Assembly: GCA_964035545.1 (NCBI GenBank)
Contig: CAXIUT010000230.1
Location: 620,001-684,000, forward strand
Direction: 5' to 3'
DNA from: Bugula neritina
Taxonomy: Eukaryota; Animalia; Bryozoa
Length of the DNA: 64,000 nt
Translations under genes and position numbers: made by a program
Shown: piece by piece, positions 1 to 13,800 of the stretch
Position numbering within the stretch: position 1 is the first letter of the stretch
Layout of the letters: every line of letters starts with the position of its first letter
The notes under the pieces: generated by a model
What the model was told of the DNA's origin: nothing
The model's input: the letters and a program-made list of their open reading frames with translations, nothing else
The model's database searches: none

Positions 1-2360
1 ATATACTGCGACACAATGCAATATACTGTAACATACTGAAATATGCTGTAGCACACTGAAATACACTGAAACTCACTGAAATATACTGCAACATACTGAA
101 ATACACTGTAACATATTGAAATATACTGCAACATACTGCAATATACTGAAATACACTGGAACATATTGAATTACACTGCAACAAATTGAAGTATACTGCA
201 ACACACTGAAACACACTGAAATACACCGCAAAACACTACAACATACTGAAACATACTGCAACATACTGAAATACACTACTACATACTGAAATATACTGCA
301 ACATACTGCACCATACTGAAATACACTGTAACATATTGAAATACACTGCAACACATTGAAATATACTGCAATGTGCCGAAATATATGGTAAACTACTGAA
401 ATATACTGTCACATATTGAAAAATACTGCAACATACTGAAATATACTGCGACACATTGCAATATACTGTAACATACTGAAATATGCTGTAGCACATTGAA
501 ATACACTGCAACTCACTGAAATATACTGCAACATACTGAAATACACTGTAACATATTGAAATACACTGCAACATACTGAAATACAGTGCTACATACTGAA
601 ATATACTGCAACATACTGCAACATACTGAAATACACTGTAACAAACTGAAATACACTGCAACATACTACAACATTTTGAAACACACTGCAGCACACTGCA
701 ACATACTGCAACATACTAACATATACTGCAACATACTGAAATACACTGCAAAATACTGAAATACACTGTAACATACTGAAATATACTGCAACATACTGAA
801 ATACACTGCTACATACTGAAATATACTGCAACACACTGCAACATACTAAAATACACTGTAACATATTGAAATACACTGCAACACATTGAAATATACGGCA
901 AAATACTGAAATACACTGCTACATACTGAAATATACTGCAACACACTGCAACCTACTGCAACATACTAAAATTTACTGCAACATACTGAAATACACTGCA
1001 GAATACTGAAATACACTGTAACATACTGAAATATACTGCAAAATACTGAAATACACTGCTACATACTGAAAAATACTGCAACACACTGAGACATACTGCA
1101 ACATACTAAAATACACTGTAACATATTGAAATATACTGCAACATACTGCAATACACTGCAACATACTACAACATATTGAAAGACACTGCAACAAATTGAA
1201 ATATACTGCAACATACCTAAATATACGGCAATATACCAAAATAAACTGTTACACATTGAAAAATACTGCAACATACTGAAATACACTGCAACACACTGAA
1301 AAACACTGCAAAATACTGTAACACACTGAAATATACTGCAAAATACTGAAATACACTGCTACATACTGAAATATACTGCAACACACTGCAACATACTGCA
1401 ACATGCTAAAATATACTGCAACATACTGAAATACACTGCAAAATACTGAAATACACTGTAACATACTGAAATATACTGCAACATACTGAAGTACACTCCT
1501 ACATACTGAAATATACTGCAACTCACTGCAACATACTGCAACATACTAAAATACACTGTAACATATTGAAATAGACTGCAACACATTGAAATATACTGCA
1601 AAATACTGAAATACACTGCTACACACTGAAATATACTGCAACACACGGCAACATACTGCAACATACTAAAATAAACTGCAACATACTGAAATACACTGCA
1701 AAATACTGAAATACACTGTAACATACTGAAATATACTGCAACATACTGAAATATACTGCTACATACTGAAATATACTGCAACACACTGCAACATACTGCA
1801 ACAAACTAAAATACACTGTAACATAATGAAATACACTGCAACACATTGAAATATACTGCAAAATACAGAAATACACTGCTATATACTGAAATATACTGCA
1901 ACACACTGCAACATACTGCAACATACTAAAATATACTGCAACATACTGAAATACACTGCAAAATACTGAAATACACTGTAACATACTGAAATATACTGCA
2001 ACATACTGAAATACACTGCTACATACTGAAATATACTGCAACATCCTGCAACATACTGAAATACACTGTAACATACTGAAATACACTGCAACATCCTACA
2101 AGATACTGAAATACACTGTAACATATTGAAGTACACTGCAACACATTGAAGTATCCTGCAACACACTTAAACATACGGCAACATACTGAAATATACTTCG
2201 GCACATTGCAATATACTGCAGCATACTGAAATATGCTGTAGCCTACTGAAATACACTGCATTATACTGAAATACACTGCTACATACTGAAATATACTGCA
2301 ACATACTGAAATACACCGTAATATGCTGAATTACACTGCAACACATTGAAATATACTGCA
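1..2360. repeat. Variant/truncated relative of the 3140-bp HOR (local period 2530 bp)
   Basis: 1-~1130 matches 2531-~3660 (ORF 73..354 recurs at 2603..2884). It then lacks 220 bp (3661-3880) and matches 3881-~4790 at offset 2750. 2041-2250 is a different block (acatcctaca agatactgaa ... atatacttcg gcacattgca). Confidence 0.9.
1341..2040. repeat. 260-bp (26-monomer) sub-HOR module, ~2.7 tandem copies
   Basis: aaatactgaa atacactgct (or a 1-nt variant) recurs at 1341, 1601 and 1861. ORF ends at 1359, 1619 and 1879 are 260 apart. Confidence 0.9.
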
Positions 2361-3693
2361 ACATAGCAAAATATATATTAAACTACTGAAAAATACTTTA
2401 ACACATTGAAAAATACTGCAACATACATAATTATACTGTAACACACTGCAACATACTGCAACATACTAAAATATACTGCAACATACTGAAATACACTGCA
2501 AAATACTGAAATACACTGTAACATACTGAAATATACTGCGACACAATGCAATATACTGTAACATACTGAAATATGCTGTAGCACACTGAAATACACTGAA
2601 ACTCACTGAAATATACTGCAACATACTGAAATACACTGTAACATATTGAAATATACTGCAACATACTGCAATATACTGAAATACACTGGAACATATTGAA
2701 TTACACTGCAACAAATTGAAGTATACTGCAACACACTGAAACACACTGAAATACACCGCAAAACACTACAACATACTGAAACATACTGCAACATACTGAA
2801 ATACACTACTACATACTGAAATATACTGCAACATACTGCACCATACTGAAATACACTGTAACATATTGAAATACACTGCAACACATTGAAATATACTGCA
2901 ATGTGCCGAAATATATGGTAAACTACTGAAATATACTGTCACATATTGAAAAATACTGCAACATACTGAAATATAGTGCGACGCATTGCAATATACTGTA
3001 ACATACTGAAATATGCTGTAGCACATTGAAATACACTGCAACTCACTGAAATATACTGCAACATACTGAAATACACTGTAACATATTGAAATACACTGCA
3101 ACATACTGAAATACAGTGCTACATACTGAAATATACTGCAACATACTGCAACATACTGAAATACACTGTAACAAACTGAAATACACTGCAACATACTACA
3201 ACATTTTGAAACACACTGCAGCACACTGCAACATACTGCAACATACTAACATATACTGCAACATACTGAAATACACTGCAAAATACTGAAATACACTGTA
3301 ACATACTGAAATATACTGCAACATACTGAAATACACTGCTACATACTGAAATATACTGCAACACACTGCAACATACTAAAATACACTGTAACATATTGAA
3401 ATACACTGCAACACATTGAAATATACGGCAAAATACTGAAATACACTGCTACATACTGAAATATACTGCAACACACTGACACCTACTGCAACATATTAAA
3501 ATTTACTGCAACATACTGAAATACACTGCAGAATACTGAAATACACTGTAACATACTGAAATATACTGCAAAATACTGAAATACACTGCTACATACTGAA
3601 AAATACTGCAACACACTGAGACATACTGCAACATACTAAAATACACTGTAACATATTGAAATACACTGCAACACATTGAAATATGCTGCAATG

Positions 3694-3710
3694 TACCGAA
3701 ATATATGGTA
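3694..3710. other. Representative of a recurrent 17-bp dyad motif TACC-N9-GGTA (here TACCGAAATATATGGTA); function unknown
   Basis: TACC and GGTA are reverse complements. The motif also occurs at 3964-3980 (TACCTAAATATACGGTA), 19714-19730, 28561-28577 (TACCTAAAAATGCGGTA) and many other sites. Both arms differ from the satellite consensus (TACT...TGYA). Confidence 0.6.
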
Positions 3711-4090
3711 AACTACTGAAATATACTGTCACCCATTGAAAAATACTGACACATACTGAAATATACTGCGACACAGTGCAATATACTGTAACATACTGAA
3801 ATATGCTGTAGCACACTGAAATACACTGCAACTCACTGAAATATACTGCAACATACTGAAATACACTGTAACATATTGAAATATACTGCAACATACTGCA
3901 ATACACTGCAACATACTACAACATATTGAAAGACACTGCAACACATTGAAATATACTGCAACATACCTAAATATACGGTAATATACCAAAATAAACTGTT
4001 ACACATTGAAAAACACTGCAACATACTGAAATACACTGCAACACACTGAAAAACACTGCAAAATACTGTATCACACTGAAATATACTGCA

Positions 4091-4870
4091 AAATACTGAA
4101 ATACACTGCTACATACTGAAATATACTGCAACACACTGCAACATACTGCAACATGCTAAAATATACTGCAACATACTGAAATACACTGCAAAATACTGAA
4201 ATACACTGTAACATACTGAAATATACTGCAACATACTGAAGTGCACTCCTACATACTGAAATATACCGCAACTCACTGCAACATACTGCAACATACTAAA
4301 ATACACTGTAACATATTGAAATACACTGCAACACATTGAAATATACTGCAAAATACTGAAATACACTGCTACACACTGAAATATACTGCAACACACGGCA
4401 ACATACTGCAACATACTAAAATAAACCGCAACATACTGAAATACACTGCAAAATACTGAAATACACTGTAACATACTGAAATATACTGCAACATACTGAA
4501 ATATACTGCTACATACTGAAATATACTGCAACACACTGCAACATACTGCAACATACTAAAATACACTGTAACATAATGAAATACACTGCAACACATTGAA
4601 ATATACTGCAAAATGCTGAAATACACTGCTATATACTGAAATATACTGCAACACACTGCAACATACTGCAACATACTAAAATATACTGCAACATACTGAA
4701 ATACACTGCAAAATACTGAAATACACTGTAACATACTGAAATATACTGCAACATACTGAAATACACTGCTACATACTGAAATACACGGCAACACACTGCA
4801 ACATACTGAAACATACTAAAATACACTGTAACATATTGAAATACACTGCAACACAGTGAAATATACTGCA
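4091..4870. repeat. Three tandem 260-bp modules inside each 3140-bp HOR (also at +3140n)
   Basis: Module starts at 4091, 4351 and 4611. A further diverged module lies at 3431-3690. Confidence 0.9.
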
Positions 4871-7800
4871 ATGTGCCGAAATATATGGTAAACTACTGAA
4901 ATATACTGTCACATATTGAAAAATACTGCGACACATTGCAATATACTGTAACATACTGAAATATGCTGTAGCACACTGAAATACACTGAAACTCACTGAA
5001 ATATACTGCAACATACTGAAATACACTGTAACATATTGAAATATACTGCAACATACTGCAATATACTGAAATACACTGGAACATATTGAAATACACTGCA
5101 ACAAATTGAAGTATACTGCAACACACTGAAACACACTGAAATACACCGCAAAACACTACAACATACTGAAACATACTGCAACATACTGAAATACACTACT
5201 ACATACTGAAATATACTGCAACATACTGCACCATACTGAAATACACTGTAACATACTGAAATACACTGCAACATAATACAATATATTGAAATACACTGCG
5301 ACACATTGAAATATACTGCAACATACTGAAATATACTGCGACACATTGCAACATACTGTAACATACTGAAATATGCTGTAGCACAATGAAATACACTGCA
5401 TTATACTGAAATACACTGCTACATACTGAAATATACTGCAACATACTGAAATACACCGTAATATGCTGAATTACACTGCAACACATTGAAATATACTGCA
5501 ACATAGCAAAATATATATTAAACTACTGAAAAATACTTTAACACATTGAAAAATACTGCAACATACATAATTATACTGTAACACACTGCAACATACTGCA
5601 ACATACTAAAATATACTGCAACATACTGAAACACACTGCAAAATACTGAAATACACTGTAACATACTGAAATATACTGCGACACAATGCAATATACTGTA
5701 ACATACTGAAATATGCTGTAGCACACTGAAATACACTGAAACTCACTGAAATATACTGCAACATACTGAAATACACTGTAACATATTGAAATATACTGCA
5801 ACATACTGCAATATACTGAAATACACTGGAACATATTGAATTACACTGCAACAAATTGAAGTATACTGCAACACACTGAAACACACTGAAATACACCGCA
5901 AAACACTACAACATACTGAAACATACTGCAACATACTGAAATACACTACTACATACTGAAATATACTGCAACATACTGCACCATACTGAAATACACTGTA
6001 ACATATTGAAATACACTGCAACACATTGAAATATACTGCAATGTGCCGAAATATATGGTAAACTACTGAAATATACTGTCACATATTGAAAAATACTGCA
6101 ACATACTGAAATATACTGCGACACATTGCAATATACTGTAACATACTGAAATATGCTGTAGCACATTGAAATACACTGCAACTCACTGAAATATACTGCA
6201 ACATACTGAAATACACTGTAACATATTGAAATACACTGCAACATACTGAAATACAGTGCTACATACTGAAATATACTGCAACATACTGCAACATACTGAA
6301 ATACACTGTAACAAACTGAAATACACTGCAACATACTACAACATTTTGAAACACACTGCAGCACACTGCAACATACTGCAACATACTAACATATACTGCA
6401 ACATACTGAAATACACTGCAAAATACTGAAATACACTGTAACATACTGAAATATACTGCAACATACTGAAATACACTGCTACATACTGAAATATACTGCA
6501 ACACACTGCAACATACTAAAATACACTGTAACATATTGAAATACACTGCAACACATTGAAATATACGGCAAAATACTGAAATACACTGCTACATACTGAA
6601 ATATACTGCAACACACTGCAACCTACTGCAACATACTAAAATTTACTGCAACATACTGAAATACACTGCAGAATACTGAAATACACTGTAACATACTGAA
6701 ATATACTGCAAAATACTGAAATACACTGCTACATACTGAAAAATACTGCAACACACTGAGACATACTGCAACATACTAAAATACACTGTAACATATTGAA
6801 ATACACTGCAACACATTGAAATATGCTGCAATGTACCGAAATATATGGTAAACTACTGAAATATACTGTCACACATTGAAAAATACTGACACATACTGAA
6901 ATATACTGCGACACAGTGCAATATACTGTAACATACTGAAATATGCTGTAGCACACTGAAATACACTGCAACTCACTGAAATATACTGCAACATACTGAA
7001 ATACACTGTAACATATTGAAATATACTGCAACATACTGCAATACACTGCAACATACTACAACATATTGAAAGACACTGCAACACGTTGAAATATACTGCA
7101 ACATACCTAAATATACGGTAATATACCAAAATAAACTGTTACACATTGAAAAACACTGCAACATACTGAAATACACTGCAACACACTGAAAAACACTGCA
7201 AAATACTGTATCACACTGAAATATACTGCAAAATACTGAAATACACTGCTACATACTGAAATATACTGCAACACACTGCAACATACTGCAACATGCTAAA
7301 ATATACTGCAACATACTGAAATACACTGCAAAATACTGAAATACACTGTAACATACTGAAATATACTGCAACATACTGAAATGCACTCCTACATACTGAA
7401 ATATACCGCAACTCACTGCAACATACTGCAACATACTAAAATACACTGTAACATATTGAAATACACTGCAACACATTGAAATATACTGCAAAATACTGAA
7501 ATACACTGCTACACACTGAAATATACTGCAACACACGGCAACATACTGCAACATACTAAAATAAACTGCAACATACTGAAATACACTGCAAAATACTGAA
7601 ATACACTGTAACATACTGAAATATACTGCAACATACTGAAATATACTGCTACATACTGAAATATACTGCAACACACTGCAACATACTGCAACATACTAAA
7701 ATACACTGTAACATAATGAAATACACTGCAACACATTGAAATATACTGCAAAATGCTGAAATACACTGCTATATACTGAAATATACTGCAACACACTGCA

Positions 7801-10800
7801 ACATACTGCAACATACTAAAATATACTGCAACATACTGAAATACACTGCAAAATACTGAAATACACTGTAACATACTGAAATATACTGCAACATACTGAA
7901 ATACACTGCTACATAATGAAATACACGGCAACACACTGCAACATACTGAAACATACTAAAATACACTGTAACATATTGAAATACACTGCAACACAGTGAA
8001 ATATACTGCAATGTGCCGAAATATATGGTAAACTACTGAAATATACTGTCACATATTGAAAAATACTGCGACACATTGCAATATACTGTAACATACTGAA
8101 ATATGCTGTAGCACACTGAAATACACTGAAACTCACTGAAATATACTGCAACATACTGAAATACACTGTAACATATTGAAATATACTGCAACATACTGCA
8201 ATATACTGAAATACACTGGAACATATTGAAATACACTGCAACAAATTGAAGTATACTGCAACACACTGAAACACACTGAAATACACCGCAAAACACTACA
8301 ACATACTGAAACATACTGCAACATACTGAAATACACTACTACATACTGAAATATACTGCAACATACTGCACCATACTGAAATACACTGTAACATACTGAA
8401 ATACACTGCAACATAATACAATATATTGAAATACACTGCGACACATTGAAATATACTGCAACATACTGAAATATACTGCGACACATTGCAACATACTGTA
8501 ACATACTGAAATATGCTGTAGCACATTGAAATACACTGCAACTCACTGAAATACACTGCAACATAGTGAAACACAGTGCTACATACTGAAATATACTGCA
8601 ACATACTGAAATACACTGTAACATACTGAAATTCACTGCAACATAGCAAAATATATATTAAACTACTGAAAAATACTTTAACACATTGAAAAATACTGCA
8701 ACATACATAATTATACTGTAACACACTGCAACATACTGCAACATACTAAAATATACTGCAACATACTGAAACACACTGCAAAATACTGAAATACACTGTA
8801 ACATACTGAAATATACTGCGACACAATGCAATATACTGTAACATACTGAAATATGCTGTAGCACACTGAAATACACTGAAACTCACTGAAATATACTGCA
8901 ACATACTGAAATACACTGTAACATATTGAAATATACTGCAACATACTGCAATATACTGAAATACACTGGAACATATTGAATTACACTGCAACAAATTGAA
9001 GTATACTGCAACACACTGAAACACACTGAAATACACCGCAAAACACTACAACATACTGAAACATACTGCAACATACTGAAATACACTACTACATACTGAA
9101 ATATACTGCAACATACTGCACCATACTGAAATACACTGTAACATATTGAAATACACTGCAACACATTGAAATATACTGCAATGTGCCGAAATATATGGTA
9201 AACTACTGAAATATACTGTCACATATTGAAAAATACTGCAACATACTGAAATATAGTGCGACGCATTGCAATATACTGTAACATACTGAAATATGCTGTA
9301 GCACATTGAAATACACTGCAACTCACTGAAATATACTGCAACATACTGAAATACACTGTAACATATTGAAATACACTGCAACATACTGAAATACAGTGCT
9401 ACATACTGAAATATACTGCAACATACTGCAACATACTGAAATACACTGTAACAAACTGAAATACACTGCAACATACTACAACATTTTGAAACACACTGCA
9501 GCACACTGCAACATACTGCAACATACTAACATATACTGCAACATACTGAAATACACTGCAAAATACTGAAATACACTGTAACATACTGAAATATACTGCA
9601 ACATACTGAAATACACTGCTACATACTGAAATATACTGCAACACACTGCAACATACTAAAATACACTGTAACATATTGAAATACACTGCAACACATTGAA
9701 ATATACGGCAAAATACTGAAATACACTGCTACATACTGAAATATACTGCAACACACTGACACCTACTGCAACATATTAAAATTTACTGCAACATACTGAA
9801 ATACACTGCAGAATACTGAAATACACTGTAACATACTGAAATATACTGCAAAATACTGAAATACACTGCTACATACTGAAAAATACTGCAACACACTGAG
9901 ACATACTGCAACATACTAAAATACACTGTAACATATTGAAATACACTGCAACACATTGAAATATGCTGCAATGTACCGAAATATATGGTAAACTACTGAA
10001 ATATACTGTCACCCATTGAAAAATACTGACACATACTGAAATATACTGCGACACAGTGCAATATACTGTAACATACTGAAATATGCTGTAGCACACTGAA
10101 ATACACTGCAACTCACTGAAATATACTGCAACATACTGAAATACACTGTAACATATTGAAATATACTGCAACATACTGCAATACACTGCAACATACTACA
10201 ACATATTGAAAGACACTGCAACACATTGAAATATACTGCAACATACCTAAATATACGGTAATATACCAAAATAAACTGTTACACATTGAAAAACACTGCA
10301 ACATACTGAAATACACTGCAACACACTGAAAAACACTGCAAAATACTGTATCACACTGAAATATACTGCAAAATACTGAAATACACTGCTACATACTGAA
10401 ATATACTGCAACACACTGCAACATACTGCAACATGCTAAAATATACTGCAACATACTGAAATACACTGCAAAATACTGAAATACACTGTAACATACTGAA
10501 ATATACTGCAACATACTGAAGTGCACTCCTACATACTGAAATATACCGCAACTCACTGCAACATACTGCAACATACTAAAATACACTGTAACATATTGAA
10601 ATACACTGCAACACATTGAAATATACTGCAAAATACTGAAATACACTGCTACACACTGAAATATACTGCAACACACGGCAACATACTGCAACATACTAAA
10701 ATAAACCGCAACATACTGAAATACACTGCAAAATACTGAAATACACTGTAACATACTGAAATATACTGCAACATACTGAAATATACTGCTACATACTGAA

Positions 10801-13800
10801 ATATACTGCAACACACTGCAACATACTGCAACATACTAAAATACACTGTAACATAATGAAATACACTGCAACACATTGAAATATACTGCAAAATGCTGAA
10901 ATACACTGCTATATACTGAAATATACTGCAACACACTGCAACATACTGCAACATACTAAAATATACTGCAACATACTGAAATACACTGCAAAATACTGAA
11001 ATACACTGTAACATACTGAAATATACTGCAACATACTGAAATACACTGCTACATACTGAAATACACGGCAACACACTGCAACATACTGAAACATACTAAA
11101 ATACACTGTAACATATTGAAATACACTGCAACACAGTGAAATATACTGCAATGTGCCGAAATATATGGTAAACTACTGAAATATACTGTCACATATTGAA
11201 AAATACTGCGACACATTGCAATATACTGTAACATACTGAAATATGCTGTAGCACACTGAAATACACTGAAACTCACTGAAATATACTGCAACATACTGAA
11301 ATACACTGTAACATATTGAAATATACTGCAACATACTGCAATATACTGAAATACACTGGAACATATTGAAATACACTGCAACAAATTGAAGTATACTGCA
11401 ACACACTGAAACACACTGAAATACACCGCAAAACACTACAACATACTGAAACATACTGCAACATACTGAAATACACTACTACATACTGAAATATACTGCA
11501 ACATACTGCACCATACTGAAATACACTGTAACATACTGAAATACACTGCAACATAATACAATATATTGAAATACACTGCGACACATTGAAATATACTGCA
11601 ACATACTGAAATATACTGCGACACATTGCAACATACTGTAACATACTGAAATATGCTGTAGCACAATGAAATACACTGCATTATACTGAAATACACTGCT
11701 ACATACTGAAATATACTGCAACATACTGAAATACACCGTAATATGCTGAATTACACTGCAACACATTGAAATATACTGCAACATAGCAAAATATATATTA
11801 AACTACTGAAAAATACTTTAACACATTGAAAAATACTGCAACATACATAATTATACTGTAACACACTGCAACATACTGCAACATACTAAAATATACTGCA
11901 ACATACTGAAACACACTGCAAAATACTGAAATACACTGTAACATACTGAAATATACTGCGACACAATGCAATATACTGTAACATACTGAAATATGCTGTA
12001 GCACACTGAAATACACTGAAACTCACTGAAATATACTGCAACATACTGAAATACACTGTAACATATTGAAATATACTGCAACATACTGCAATATACTGAA
12101 ATACACTGGAACATATTGAATTACACTGCAACAAATTGAAGTATACTGCAACACACTGAAACACACTGAAATACACCGCAAAACACTACAACATACTGAA
12201 ACATACTGCAACATACTGAAATACACTACTACATACTGAAATATACTGCAACATACTGCACCATACTGAAATACACTGTAACATATTGAAATACACTGCA
12301 ACACATTGAAATATACTGCAATGTGCCGAAATATATGGTAAACTACTGAAATATACTGTCACATATTGAAAAATACTGCAACATACTGAAATATACTGCG
12401 ACACATTGCAATATACTGTAACATACTGAAATATGCTGTAGCACATTGAAATACACTGCAACTCACTGAAATATACTGCAACATACTGAAATACACTGTA
12501 ACATATTGAAATACACTGCAACATACTGAAATACAGTGCTACATACTGAAATATACTGCAACATACTGCAACATACTGAAATACACTGTAACAAACTGAA
12601 ATACACTGCAACATACTACAACATTTTGAAACACACTGCAGCACACTGCAACATACTGCAACATACTAACATATACTGCAACATACTGAAATACACTGCA
12701 AAATACTGAAATACACTGTAACATACTGAAATATACTGCAACATACTGAAATACACTGCTACATACTGAAATATACTGCAACACACTGCAACATACTAAA
12801 ATACACTGTAACATATTGAAATACACTGCAACACATTGAAATATACGGCAAAATACTGAAATACACTGCTACATACTGAAATATACTGCAACACACTGCA
12901 ACCTACTGCAACATACTAAAATTTACTGCAACATACTGAAATACACTGCAGAATACTGAAATACACTGTAACATACTGAAATATACTGCAAAATACTGAA
13001 ATACACTGCTACATACTGAAAAATACTGCAACACACTGAGACATACTGCAACATACTAAAATACACTGTAACATATTGAAATACACTGCAACACATTGAA
13101 ATATGCTGCAATGTACCGAAATATATGGTAAACTACTGAAATATACTGTCACACATTGAAAAATACTGACACATACTGAAATATACTGCGACACAGTGCA
13201 ATATACTGTAACATACTGAAATATGCTGTAGCACACTGAAATACACTGCAACTCACTGAAATATACTGCAACATACTGAAATACACTGTAACATATTGAA
13301 ATATACTGCAACATACTGCAATACACTGCAACATACTACAACATATTGAAAGACACTGCAACACGTTGAAATATACTGCAACATACCTAAATATACGGTA
13401 ATATACCAAAATAAACTGTTACACATTGAAAAACACTGCAACATACTGAAATACACTGCAACACACTGAAAAACACTGCAAAATACTGTATCACACTGAA
13501 ATATACTGCAAAATACTGAAATACACTGCTACATACTGAAATATACTGCAACACACTGCAACATACTGCAACATGCTAAAATATACTGCAACATACTGAA
13601 ATACACTGCAAAATACTGAAATACACTGTAACATACTGAAATATACTGCAACATACTGAAATGCACTCCTACATACTGAAATATACCGCAACTCACTGCA
13701 ACATACTGCAACATACTAAAATACACTGTAACATATTGAAATACACTGCAACACATTGAAATATACTGCAAAATACTGAAATACACTGCTACACACTGAA

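Noticed and set aside
2361-2400. TATA-box or promoter-like AT-rich words (atatatatta aac; aataaa at e.g. ~3990)
   Set aside because: These are expected by chance in an A/T-rich satellite, and there is no associated transcription unit.
3694-3710. CENP-B box
   Set aside because: It has the same 17-bp length but lacks the TTCG....A..CGGG core.
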